From Candidatus Latescibacterota bacterium (lineage in GTDB: Bacteria; Latescibacterota; UBA2968; UBA8231): a stretch of DNA of 64,000 nt. Within the stretch, counting starts at the first letter, position 1. Every line of letters begins with the position of its first letter. Shown in pieces: positions 9,485-18,223 of this stretch. The notes under the pieces were generated by a model. That model searched no databases and was not told the origin of the DNA. It saw only the letters and a program-made list of their open reading frames with translations. The DNA is taken from the NCBI GenBank assembly GCA_965200315.1, contig OZ241362.1, positions 4,480,001 to 4,544,000 of the forward strand, given 5' to 3'. The position numbers were made by a program, and so were the translations under genes.

Positions 9485-11554
9485 TTGCAGTTTCTCAATC
9501 CCGCGGTCCTCTTAGGACTAGTCGCGGCCGCCCTTCCCCTAGCCATCCACCTGCTGCATCGAGGGCGCGCCCAGCCCCATCCTTTCAGCGACTTTACCTT
9601 TCTGCGCCAGCTACAGCAAAACCGCATGCGGCGGCTCCAACTGCGCCAGTGGCTGGTCCTGTTGCTGCGCACGCTCATCATTGTGCTCATCGTCTGTGCC
9701 TTTGCCCATCCTACGTATCAGGCTGGAGGCGGATGGGGAGGCGTCGATCGTCCGGTGGCCGTTCACGCGCTCTTGGACCTGTCGTACAGCACCCGCTACC
9801 AACGGCCCGCTGGCTCCTTCTTCAACCAACTCCAGCGCCAGCTCGGCGACCTGTTGGCCGTTTTGCCCCCGCGCGATCAAGTGGCAGTGCAGCCCTTTGC
9901 CCAACGGCCCTACGCCCCTTTTGCGGGCGACCGCTCCTACTTAGCCGAGCGCATGGCCGAACTGACGCCGACTCAAGAGGCAACCGACTTCCGCACGGCC
10001 TTGCGCGCGGCGGCCCAACGCTTCGACCAAGAAGCCGCACTCGCAGCACACGAGCTTTTTCTCTTTACCGACTTGGCCCAATACAATTGGGATCAACTTG
10101 ACGATTCAATCCCGTCCTTTGCCGACGTACGCGTCTATGTCGCTAGCCCGTGTACCCAGACCCGACCGAATGCTTACGTCGAGCGGGTTGCAGCCCCGAG
10201 TTGGATGCTCGCTGCCGACGCCAAAGTCACTTTGCAAGCCGCCATCGCGCACAGCGGTGCGGGCACGGCGCTCGACCTGTTTGTCGATGGCCAGCGCGTG
10301 AGCCGCCATAGCGTAGAGCCGGGAGCACCGGGCACGGCCCAAGTAGCACTTAGCTTTTCGCCGCGACGGTCCGGGCGGTTGAGTGGGCACGTCGCGCTCG
10401 CAGACGATGCGCTCGCGCTCGACAATCGACGCTACTTCACGCTCGACCTGCCCACCGCCATCACCGTGCTGCTGGTGGGCGAGCGGCCCGAGGATGCGTA
10501 CTATGCACGCCGGGCACTCGGGGCGGCGGCCCTTTCCGATCCGGTCGTGAAAATTCGCACCGATCTTTTTGCCAACCTCGACGCCAGCACCCTCGCCGGA
10601 GTAGATGTGCTCGTGCTCTGCAACCTCGCGCGGCTGAGCGCAACGCAAAAGGCAGCCTTAGACGAGTTCGTCGCCAGCGGTGGGGGCGTGATCCTCTTTC
10701 CCGCGCCGCAGAGCGATCTCGGCTACTACAACCGCGACCTCTTGCCCGGCCTAACTCCGGGGCGCTTCAAAGACCGGATTGGCGCACCCGGCAACACAGC
10801 CAACTATCAAGTCTTAGACGCAGACGAGCCGCACCACCCGCTTTTCAACGACCTCCTCGCCAGCGACGGCGATCAGTCGCGTTTCTACGCCTATTTCTCT
10901 ATAGTCTCCGCGCCCGACCTTTTGCCTTTGGTCCGCTTCAGCGATGGACAGCTCGCGATGGCACTAGCTTGGAAGGGGCAGGGGCGCGTCGCGCTCGCGG
11001 CCTTCCCTATGGACCCGGAGTGGAACGACTTGCACCAACGCGGGCTGTTCGCCCCCCTCCTGCACCGCTTGGTGCGCGAGTTGAGCCTGCCGCCCGATCG
11101 CCATGCCGCTTACTTGGTGGGAGAAACGGTTTATCGCCGCTTGGCCGATGTGCCAATGGAAGCAGTCGTAGAGGCCGAGACGCCATCGGGCGAGCGACTG
11201 CGCTTGGAGCCGGAGTCCGTCGGTGGCCAATACTTGTGGAAAATTCCCCACGTTGGCGAGGCTGGCATCTGGCGTCTACGCGCTGCGGGCGCAGCAGTCG
11301 ATGCGTTCGCCGTCAACTTCGACGGCCGCGAATCCGCGCTAGTGCCCATAGCACCCGAGCGCGTACGGAGCATTTTCGCGGACGCAGAAGTCCATTTCCT
11401 CAGCCCGGGCGACGACCTACGCCTCGCGGTTTTGGGCAATCGACACGGCCGCGAGTTGTGGCGCACATTCCTGATTTTAGTGCTCGCTCTCCTCCTCGCC
11501 GAACAGTGGATCGCCCGCGCCCCCCGCGACGTTGCAGCGCGTCGGGCTGCATAA
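9485..11554 (+). CDS. BatA N-terminal domain / VWA-like membrane protein
   Basis: FLNP..L...PLAIHL N-terminus, DLSYS and FTD MIDAS-like motifs, C-terminal LWR...LLAEQW helix. Confidence 0.8.
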   Translation: MQFLNPAVLLGLVAAALPLAIHLLHRGRAQPHPFSDFTFLRQLQQNRMRRLQLRQWLVLLLRTLIIVLIVCAFAHPTYQAGGGWGGVDRPVAVHALLDLSYSTRYQRPAGSFFNQLQRQLGDLLAVLPPRDQVAVQPFAQRPYAPFAGDRSYLAERMAELTPTQEATDFRTALRAAAQRFDQEAALAAHELFLFTDLAQYNWDQLDDSIPSFADVRVYVASPCTQTRPNAYVERVAAPSWMLAADAKVTLQAAIAHSGAGTALDLFVDGQRVSRHSVEPGAPGTAQVALSFSPRRSGRLSGHVALADDALALDNRRYFTLDLPTAITVLLVGERPEDAYYARRALGAAALSDPVVKIRTDLFANLDASTLAGVDVLVLCNLARLSATQKAALDEFVASGGGVILFPAPQSDLGYYNRDLLPGLTPGRFKDRIGAPGNTANYQVLDADEPHHPLFNDLLASDGDQSRFYAYFSIVSAPDLLPLVRFSDGQLAMALAWKGQGRVALAAFPMDPEWNDLHQRGLFAPLLHRLVRELSLPPDRHAAYLVGETVYRRLADVPMEAVVEAETPSGERLRLEPESVGGQYLWKIPHVGEAGIWRLRAAGAAVDAFAVNFDGRESALVPIAPERVRSIFADAEVHFLSPGDDLRLAVLGNRHGRELWRTFLILVLALLLAEQWIARAPRDVAARRAA

Positions 11555-11656
11555 AGAGAAAATTATATACGTGAGTGTTGGATTCAACGAGAAGTTTTAT
11601 GACCCTACGCCGAGAAAGTGCGCCGTGGGCAACCTGCAAGGAGACATAAAGAAAAA

Positions 11657-12076
11657 ATGAAAAACTATTTTGATCAAGAACTAGTAGATACCATAGGAGT
11701 ATTTCTGTCTTTTTCGTGTGTGATCCACTGTGTGGCAATGCCGCTTTTAGTAACAATTCTGCCGTTACTAGGGCTCGGATTCCTCGCAAGTGAACGCACG
11801 GAATTAATCATTATTGGAGCCGTTGCGCTCGCATTAGGTAGCGTCGTTTGGGGGATTAGGCATCACAGAAGTTGGAGAGCATTTCTCATTCTCGTAGCGG
11901 CAGTAGCGTTTATCGCCACCGCCCACATTGCTACTGAAGGAATCTTTGAAGTAGCCCTCCATGCAGCAGGAGGCATCCTACTGGCAGTAGCGCATCTCCT
12001 AAATCGGCACCTATGTAAGATATGTCCTGCATGTGAATGCGAACATACGGGTGATTCTCACTCGCTGCGGCATTGA
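11657..12076 (+). CDS. MerC-domain membrane protein
   Basis: D.IG...S..CVIHC..MP motif, 4 TM helices, Cys/His-rich tail; lower GC than neighbours. Confidence 0.8.
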   Translation: MKNYFDQELVDTIGVFLSFSCVIHCVAMPLLVTILPLLGLGFLASERTELIIIGAVALALGSVVWGIRHHRSWRAFLILVAAVAFIATAHIATEGIFEVALHAAGGILLAVAHLLNRHLCKICPACECEHTGDSHSLRH

Positions 12077-12096
12077 CAGAGTATACGACCTTTACC

Positions 12097-12414
12097 TCAT
12101 CTGCCCGCGTCTAGTTCGCGAAAAAACGCGAACGTATAAATGCCGTGGTCGTGCCCGTCGGCCCATTCGATGCGAATGCCGTAGTGCCCGACGTAGCTAA
12201 TCCCCCGCACCTCGGCCGTAGCCGACACAGCCTCGGGCTGCAAGAGCGTCAACCCACCCTCGCTCGTGTCGCGCAATTCCCGGCAGTGGGCGCAGGGGCA
12301 CTCGCGCCGCAACCCCTCCAAACTGTAGCGGCTCTCGCGGCCATCGCTCCACGCGATGACCAACTCGCCGGCCCGGCCATCCACGGCAATGTCGCGTGGC
12401 TTCGCCTTGTTCAA
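12097..12414 (-). CDS. DUF971 / GBBH-like N-terminal domain protein
   Basis: WSDG...LRRECPCAHC...VGHYG...WADGHDHGIYTF; TTG start overlaps the rimO stop. Confidence 0.85.
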   Translation of the reverse strand: MNKAKPRDIAVDGRAGELVIAWSDGRESRYSLEGLRRECPCAHCRELRDTSEGGLTLLQPEAVSATAEVRGISYVGHYGIRIEWADGHDHGIYTFAFFRELDAGR

Positions 12415-13730
12415 CGCGGCTCTCCCACCACCTCGGCACTCAGCTCGTAGGGCGCGGCTGCGGTGATTTCCACTTCGACGAAAGAACCCACCGGCGGCGT
12501 ACCCTCGGTGATGACGACTTGGCCGTCGATTTCCGGGGCGTCGCGCTCCATCCGCCCATAGCACATCTCCCCCACGCACGCATCGACCAAGACCTGATGC
12601 CGCGTGCCGACGAGCTCGTCGTTTTTCTCCGTGCCCACGCGCTCCTGCAGTTGCGTCAGGCGGCTGTAGCGCTCCTGCTTGACCTCCTCGCTGACCGGAT
12701 CGCCGAGCGCATACGCGGAAGTCCCCTCTTCCGGCGAGTAGAGAAAGCCGGTCGCATAGTCGAAGCGCGTCTCGGCCACGAACTCCAGCAAGGCGGCAAA
12801 ATCGGCTTCGGTCTCGCCGGGGAAACCCACGATGAACGTCGAGCGCAGCCCAGCCCCCGGCAGCCGTTCCTGCAGACGCGCCAACAAATCGAGCGTCTTT
12901 TGGCGCGTCGTCGCTCGCTTCATGCGCTTGAGCACCGGGTCGGAGATGTGTTGCAGCGGCATGTCGATGTACAGGCACATTTTGTCGCACGTGGCGTAGA
13001 AGTCGATCAGTTCCTCGGTCCAGAACGCCGGATAGGTGTACAGCAAGCGCATCCACTCAATGCCCTCCACCTCGGCGAGCGCTTGTAGGAGGCGCACGAG
13101 CTGGGGGCGGCCGTAGAGGTCGGCCCCGTAGCGAACCGAATCCTGAGAGACCAAAACCAACTCCCGCACCCCCTCTGCGGCCAGCCGTGCGGCCTCGGCC
13201 ACGAGCTGTTCAATCGGCTCGCTCACGTGCCGCCCGCGAATGGCGGGGATGGCGCAAAAGGCGCATTGGTGATCGCAGCCGTCCGATATGCGCAGGTATG
13301 CCCAGTGCTTGGGCGTCAGCGAGGTCCGCGGCAAGCTGGCCAAGTACTGGGGCCGCTGGACGCCCAACACGTCGTCAACGTGGTGGACGATGTCGGCCTC
13401 GTCGGAGATCGTCAGCAGCTTGTCGGCCTCCACCAACTCCTGAGCTAGCTCCTCGTAGTAGCGAGTCGATAGACACCCGGTGACGATCACCCCTTCGCAC
13501 TGACCCTCTTGCTTGAGCCGATGCGCGTCCATAATCGCGGCGATGGATTCTTCTTTGGCCGGCTCGATAAAGCCGCACGTATTGACCACCACGACCTCGG
13601 CCTCCTCGGGCGCGTCCGTTAGCTGATAGGCATGGCCCTGCAAAAGCCCCAGCATCCGCTCGGAATCAACCGTGTTTTTCGGGCACCCTAAGCTGATTAG
13701 GTGAACTTTATGGGGCTGGTTTTTGCTCAA
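12411..13730 (-). CDS. rimO: Ribosomal protein S12 methylthiotransferase
   Basis: SLGCPKN.VDSE, NTCGFI, CDHQCAFC radical SAM motif, TRAM domain with DAPEIDG. Confidence 0.95.
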   Translation of the reverse strand: MSKNQPHKVHLISLGCPKNTVDSERMLGLLQGHAYQLTDAPEEAEVVVVNTCGFIEPAKEESIAAIMDAHRLKQEGQCEGVIVTGCLSTRYYEELAQELVEADKLLTISDEADIVHHVDDVLGVQRPQYLASLPRTSLTPKHWAYLRISDGCDHQCAFCAIPAIRGRHVSEPIEQLVAEAARLAAEGVRELVLVSQDSVRYGADLYGRPQLVRLLQALAEVEGIEWMRLLYTYPAFWTEELIDFYATCDKMCLYIDMPLQHISDPVLKRMKRATTRQKTLDLLARLQERLPGAGLRSTFIVGFPGETEADFAALLEFVAETRFDYATGFLYSPEEGTSAYALGDPVSEEVKQERYSRLTQLQERVGTEKNDELVGTRHQVLVDACVGEMCYGRMERDAPEIDGQVVITEGTPPVGSFVEVEITAAAPYELSAEVVGEPR

Positions 13731-13732
13731 AA

Positions 13733-13760
13733 TAGTGATTGGTGGTTAGTGGTTAATGGG
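13733..13760. repeat. Heptamer tandem repeat (TAGTGGT-like x4)
   Basis: TAGTGAT TGGTGGT TAGTGGT TAATGGG; the same unit recurs at 38681-38750. Confidence 0.55.
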
Positions 13761-14871
13761 TGGCCGGCCAACTCGCGCTGCACTGCTGAGCGTATTCAAT
13801 GGCCGCTCGTACCGTCTCCTCGGTTATTCCTGCGGCGATCTCCACTTCCCCAATCCGCCGCCCCAGCACGAACCGCAACCGCCCATCCACTCGCTTCTTG
13901 TCGGCCTTGGCACAGGCCAAAATTCGTTCCGCCTCCATATCGGCCAACCCTTTGGGCACCCCCAACCGCTCCAGCAACGCATCCTGCCGCTGCCTTTCCG
14001 CTTCGGGCCAAAACCCCTCGCGGCAGGCGATTTCGCCCGCGGCGATCAGGCCCAAAATCACCGCCTCCCCGTGCCGGTAGCGGCCGTAGTCCGTGGCGGC
14101 CTCAATCGCGTGCCCAATGGTGTGCCCGTAATTGAGGATGGCCCGCAAACCCTGCTCCTTTTCGTCGGCAGCCACCACCTCGGCCTTGATCTCGACATTG
14201 CGACCAATCAGCCAGTCCAAGGTCTCCGGTGCCAACGCCATATCCACGACTTCCTCCAAGTACTCCTCCAAAAAGGCGAAGAGCGCAGCGTCGCGGATCA
14301 GCCCGTGTTTGACCACCTCGGCCATGCCCGCGACCCGTTCCCGCCGCGGCAGCGAGTGCAGCGCATTGGTGTCGGCCAAGACCAAACGCGGCTGGTGAAA
14401 GGTGCCGATCAGGTTTTTGCCCAGCGCGTGATTGACCCCTGTCTTGCCGCCGATGCTCGAATCCACCTGCGCGACAATGGTCGTCGGCACCTGCACATAG
14501 GGCACACCGCGCAAATAGGTGGAGGCCACAAAGCCCGCCATGTCGCCGACTACGCCGCCGCCGAGGGCCACGACCCAAGCGCCGCGGTCGAACTCGGCCG
14601 CGATCATCTGCGCGAAAAGGCCCTCGGCCCCGCTCAAGTTCTTGGCCTCTTCCCCCCCGGCATAGACAATCTCCAACACCTCAAACCCAGCAGCGCGCAA
14701 GCTGGCGGCCGCAGGTTGCAGGTAGCGCGCCGCCACGACCTCGTCGGACACTAGCGCGACCTGCCGGCCCAAGGCCAAGTCGCGGCAGCGCGGCCCCAGT
14801 TCCCCTAAGATATCGTGGCCGACGAAAATAGGATATGCAGCCCCCGGGATGTCTAAGTCAATTCTTAGCAT
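13753..14871 (-). CDS. aroB: 3-dehydroquinate synthase
   Basis: GGGVVGD, QVPTT..QVDSSIGGKTG.N and LNYGHTIGHA motifs. Confidence 0.96.
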   Translation of the reverse strand: MLRIDLDIPGAAYPIFVGHDILGELGPRCRDLALGRQVALVSDEVVAARYLQPAAASLRAAGFEVLEIVYAGGEEAKNLSGAEGLFAQMIAAEFDRGAWVVALGGGVVGDMAGFVASTYLRGVPYVQVPTTIVAQVDSSIGGKTGVNHALGKNLIGTFHQPRLVLADTNALHSLPRRERVAGMAEVVKHGLIRDAALFAFLEEYLEEVVDMALAPETLDWLIGRNVEIKAEVVAADEKEQGLRAILNYGHTIGHAIEAATDYGRYRHGEAVILGLIAAGEIACREGFWPEAERQRQDALLERLGVPKGLADMEAERILACAKADKKRVDGRLRFVLGRRIGEVEIAAGITEETVRAAIEYAQQCSASWPATH

Positions 14872-15391
14872 AGCTCTCCAACAAGGCGAGGAGTTGCCCG
14901 GCTGTGTCTTCAGGCGTCTGCGCCTGCGTGGTGTACAGCTCGATGTGGGCTTGGTCGTAGTACGGAGTGCGCTCGCGGAGCAGGGACTCTATTTTGGCGC
15001 GTTGCGCCTGCGGAGCCAACCCGACGAGCAGGGGCCGGTGCGAGCGGCACCGGACGCGGGCAAAAATCGTATCCACGTCGGCCTTGAGGCACACTAAGAT
15101 GCCAGCACAACGCACGGCCGCGACGTTGTCGGCGCGAGTAACTGCCCCACCACCCAAGGCCACTACGGCATCCGGGCGCTGGCAGGTTTCGAGGACGCAG
15201 TCGCGCTCTAGCTGGCGGAAGTGCGCCTCGCCTTCGCCAGCAAAAATCTCCGCAATGGACTTGCTGGCGCGCTGTTCGATCATCCGGTCGGTATCCAAAA
15301 AGCAACGCCCTAGCTGCTGCGCCAGAATGCGCCCGACTCGGGTCTTGCCCACGCCCATAAAACCAGTCAAAAATATCGGCCCTTCCGTCAT
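14858..15391 (-). CDS. aroK: Shikimate kinase
   Basis: GFMGVGKT P-loop, GEAHFR.LE, GGG and RPLL motifs. Confidence 0.95.
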   Translation of the reverse strand: MTEGPIFLTGFMGVGKTRVGRILAQQLGRCFLDTDRMIEQRASKSIAEIFAGEGEAHFRQLERDCVLETCQRPDAVVALGGGAVTRADNVAAVRCAGILVCLKADVDTIFARVRCRSHRPLLVGLAPQAQRAKIESLLRERTPYYDQAHIELYTTQAQTPEDTAGQLLALLESYAKN

Positions 15392-15401
15392 GGCCCACGC
15401 C

Positions 15402-17117
15402 TCACATTCGCTCGAGAGTCTCGATGCCGAGCAGGTCGAGGCCTTGGCGCAGGATGCGCGCGGTCAGCAGCGCGAGTAGTAGCCGACTCGTGCGTACCGG
15501 CTCGTCTGCGCGGAGGACCGGGCACTGCTCGTAGAACTTCATAAAGGCGTCCGCCAGCTCGTAGAGATAGTTGCATAGTACATGCGGATAGCACTGGCGG
15601 GCCACGGCCGCGACGGGCTCGGGAAACTGCAACAGCTTGATGGCCAGCGCATGCTCGGCTCTTTCGCCAATGGCGATCGCCCCGCCGAGCGCACCTTCAT
15701 CCACGCCAGCGCGGCGGAACATGCTCTTGATGCGGGCATACGAGTAGAGCATGTACGGAGCGGTGTTGCCGTCGAGGGATAGCATCTTGTCCCAGTCGAA
15801 CACGTAGTCCGAGGTGCGGTTGAACGACAGCTCCATGTATTTGATGCTGCCAATGCCGATCACGCGGGCTATCTGCTGCCGCTCGGCCTCGTCCATGTCG
15901 GGATTCTTGTCGCTCACTTGGGCAAAGGCCCGCGCCACACCCTCCTCCAATACGTCCATCAGCTTGACCGCGCCGCCGGCCCGCGTCCTGAACGGCCGGT
16001 TATCCGCGCCTAAAATCGCGCCAAACGCGTGGTGCTCCAAAGCAGTCGGCACCGGCGCGTACCCAGCCGCCCGCGCCACCGCGAAGACCTGCTGTAAGTG
16101 GAACGACTGGCGCGCATCGACTATGTAGAGGATGCGGTCGGCAGCAAGCGCACCGGCCCGATAGCGCACGGCCGCGAGGTCACTCGTCGCATAGAGGTAG
16201 CCACCGTCCGACTTCTGCACGATCACCGGCGTGATCTGGCCGTCCTTGTTTTTGAATTCCTTCAAGAAGACGCACTGTGCGCCGTTGGATTCCACGAGCA
16301 AGCCTTGGGCCCGCAAATCTTCGATCACGCGGGGCAAGTCATCGTTGTACGCGCTCTCTCCCTGCACGTCTTCGGGCTTGAGGCCGACCCCTAGCGAGGC
16401 GTACACGCGCTGGCCGTGGGCGAGCGACTCGTCGATGAACTGCTGCCACATCCGCTGCACGTGCGGGTCGCCGCTTTGCAGCTTGACCACGTATTCCCGC
16501 GACAAATCGGCGAAGGCTTCATCTTGGTCAAAGCGTTGACGCGCCGATTGGTAGAATACTTCTAGATCGGCCAATTCCGTGGCCGGGTCCGCGATCTCGT
16601 CCAAGTGAGCGATGAGCATCCCAAACTGCGTTCCCCAGTCGCCCACGTGATTGTGGCGCACCACCTCGTGGCCCAAAAATTCGAGGACGCGGGCGATGGC
16701 ATCACCGATGACCGTGCTGCGCAGATGGCCGATGTGCATTTCCTTGGCCAAGTTGGGATGCGAGTAGTCAATTACGGCCTTTTGCGGCGCATCCTCGGGC
16801 ACACCAAGCCGCGGATCGGCCAGCGCGTTCCCCAACTGCGCGGCCAGCCACTCGCCCTTGAGCTGGATATTGATAAAGCCCGGGCCGGCGATATCTACAG
16901 ACGCGGCCATGTCCTCCAAGTCCAGTTCCTCCACGACTTGGGCGGCGAGTGCGCGGGGGTTGGTCTTCAGCTTCTTGGCCGCGGCCATCACGCCATTGGC
17001 TTGGTAGTCGCCGAACTCCGGGCGGGTGGCCGGGCCGACGAGGGCCGGGGAATCCACCGGCGCGCCCGCTCGGGCCAGTGCCGCGCTGATGCGCGTTTCT
17101 AATGATTCGGTTATCAT
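15402..17117 (-). CDS. argS: Arginine--tRNA ligase
   Basis: FGDYQAN, HIGH, GDWGTQFG, GNTAPY and C-terminal ERM. Confidence 0.97.
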   Translation of the reverse strand: MITESLETRISAALARAGAPVDSPALVGPATRPEFGDYQANGVMAAAKKLKTNPRALAAQVVEELDLEDMAASVDIAGPGFINIQLKGEWLAAQLGNALADPRLGVPEDAPQKAVIDYSHPNLAKEMHIGHLRSTVIGDAIARVLEFLGHEVVRHNHVGDWGTQFGMLIAHLDEIADPATELADLEVFYQSARQRFDQDEAFADLSREYVVKLQSGDPHVQRMWQQFIDESLAHGQRVYASLGVGLKPEDVQGESAYNDDLPRVIEDLRAQGLLVESNGAQCVFLKEFKNKDGQITPVIVQKSDGGYLYATSDLAAVRYRAGALAADRILYIVDARQSFHLQQVFAVARAAGYAPVPTALEHHAFGAILGADNRPFRTRAGGAVKLMDVLEEGVARAFAQVSDKNPDMDEAERQQIARVIGIGSIKYMELSFNRTSDYVFDWDKMLSLDGNTAPYMLYSYARIKSMFRRAGVDEGALGGAIAIGERAEHALAIKLLQFPEPVAAVARQCYPHVLCNYLYELADAFMKFYEQCPVLRADEPVRTSRLLLALLTARILRQGLDLLGIETLERM

Positions 17118-17235
17118 GTGCTATAACAGTTCTGAATGACTTGAACGATGCAATCTGCGGATCGTCTTGCGTAGGGGCCCCCTACTATTCTGAGTCCATT
17201 GGCGGATTATCTCGTGAATCCACTCACCCAACGGC

Positions 17236-18084
17236 CTAAGCGGGGAAATGCTCTAGTGCGGCCGCAGTCATCGCCTCGACCGGCGGCTCGACACCCGTCC
17301 ATATCTCAAACGAGCGCGCGCCCTGCCAAGCGAGCATACCCAAGCCGTTGATCGCCCGCGCACCAGCGGCTGCGGCCTGCCGCATGAGCATAGTCTCTAA
17401 CGGATTGTACACAATGTCGGCGACCAGCATGCGCTCGTGCAGGCACGACGGGTCCGCCAGCGGCGAAGCACCTGCGCGGGGGTGCATCCCCAGCGCCGTG
17501 GCGTTGATGAGCAAACCAGCCTCCCCCATCGGCCCGGTCTCTGTCAGCGAGCCGACCCGCACCTTGCCCTCGCTGTCGAGGTCGCCAGCGAGAGCGGCGG
17601 CCTTTTCCACCGTGCGGTTGAGTAGCAGCACTTCCTCCACCTCGTCCCGCGCCAGCAGCGCATAGAGCACGGCCCGCGCCGCACCGCCCGCGCCGAGGAG
17701 TGCGACCTTGGGCGGCAGCGGGTCCAAGCCACCATCGGCCTTGAGGCTTTGGACGATTCCGAAGGCGTCGGTATTGTACCCCACGAGCCGGCCATCGCGG
17801 TTGGCAATGGTATTGACCGCGCCAATGCTCTGGGCTTCGGCGGAAACCTCGTCGAGATGCGCCATGACCGCCTGCTTGTGAGGCACCGTTACATTCAACC
17901 CAACCATGCCGAAGGCACGCATTCCGGCGAGCGCTTGAGACAAGGCTGCGGGAGCAACGCGTAACGCCGCGTACACATAGTTGAGATTCAGTGCCTTGAG
18001 CGCGGCATTGTGCATAGCCGGCGATGCCGTGTGTGCGACCGGGTCGCCGATGACGCCGAGCACCCGCGTCGTCCCGGAAATCAC
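17236..18084 (-). CDS. aroE: Shikimate dehydrogenase
   Basis: SPAMHN, NVTVPHK, AVNT, NTD and GAGGAARA motifs. Confidence 0.95.
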   Translation of the reverse strand: MISGTTRVLGVIGDPVAHTASPAMHNAALKALNLNYVYAALRVAPAALSQALAGMRAFGMVGLNVTVPHKQAVMAHLDEVSAEAQSIGAVNTIANRDGRLVGYNTDAFGIVQSLKADGGLDPLPPKVALLGAGGAARAVLYALLARDEVEEVLLLNRTVEKAAALAGDLDSEGKVRVGSLTETGPMGEAGLLINATALGMHPRAGASPLADPSCLHERMLVADIVYNPLETMLMRQAAAAGARAINGLGMLAWQGARSFEIWTGVEPPVEAMTAAALEHFPA

Positions 18085-18221
18085 CCCAACAAATCCTCAA
18101 TGAAGCAGTTGGCAATCTCAAAGGATTCGCGCCACGATACTCCGTAGAGCAAGCGAATGGCGAGTAGGCCACCGCCTAACATCACGGCCGCGCACACAAA
18201 GAGCCGAAAAATTCCTCTCAT
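18081..18221 (-). CDS. Unannotated 46-aa small membrane protein
   Basis: MRGIFRLFVCAAVMLGGGLLAIRLLYGVSWRESFEIANCFIEDLLG*; GGAGGAGG RBS; stop overlaps the aroE start (GTGA). Confidence 0.7.
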   Translation of the reverse strand: MRGIFRLFVCAAVMLGGGLLAIRLLYGVSWRESFEIANCFIEDLLG

Positions 18222-18223
18222 AT

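Noticed and set aside
11555-11656. Possible ZTP or NiCo riboswitch upstream of merC (CGCCGTGGGCAAC)
   Set aside because: Only a fragment resembles the motif; the required 5' elements are missing.
12415-13056. N-terminal extension of the 319-aa ORF 12097..13056
   Set aside because: Shadow frame inside rimO; only the DUF971 part from 12414 is credible.
13756-14754. Long antisense ORFs (e.g. 332 aa opposite aroB, 318 aa opposite trpD, 302 aa at 61431)
   Set aside because: Typical high-GC shadow ORFs opposite well-supported genes, with no recognisable motifs.
17176-17192. GTAGGGGCCCCCTAC palindrome as a REP or terminator
   Set aside because: Nearly loopless, single degenerate copy, no U-tract; too weak to call.
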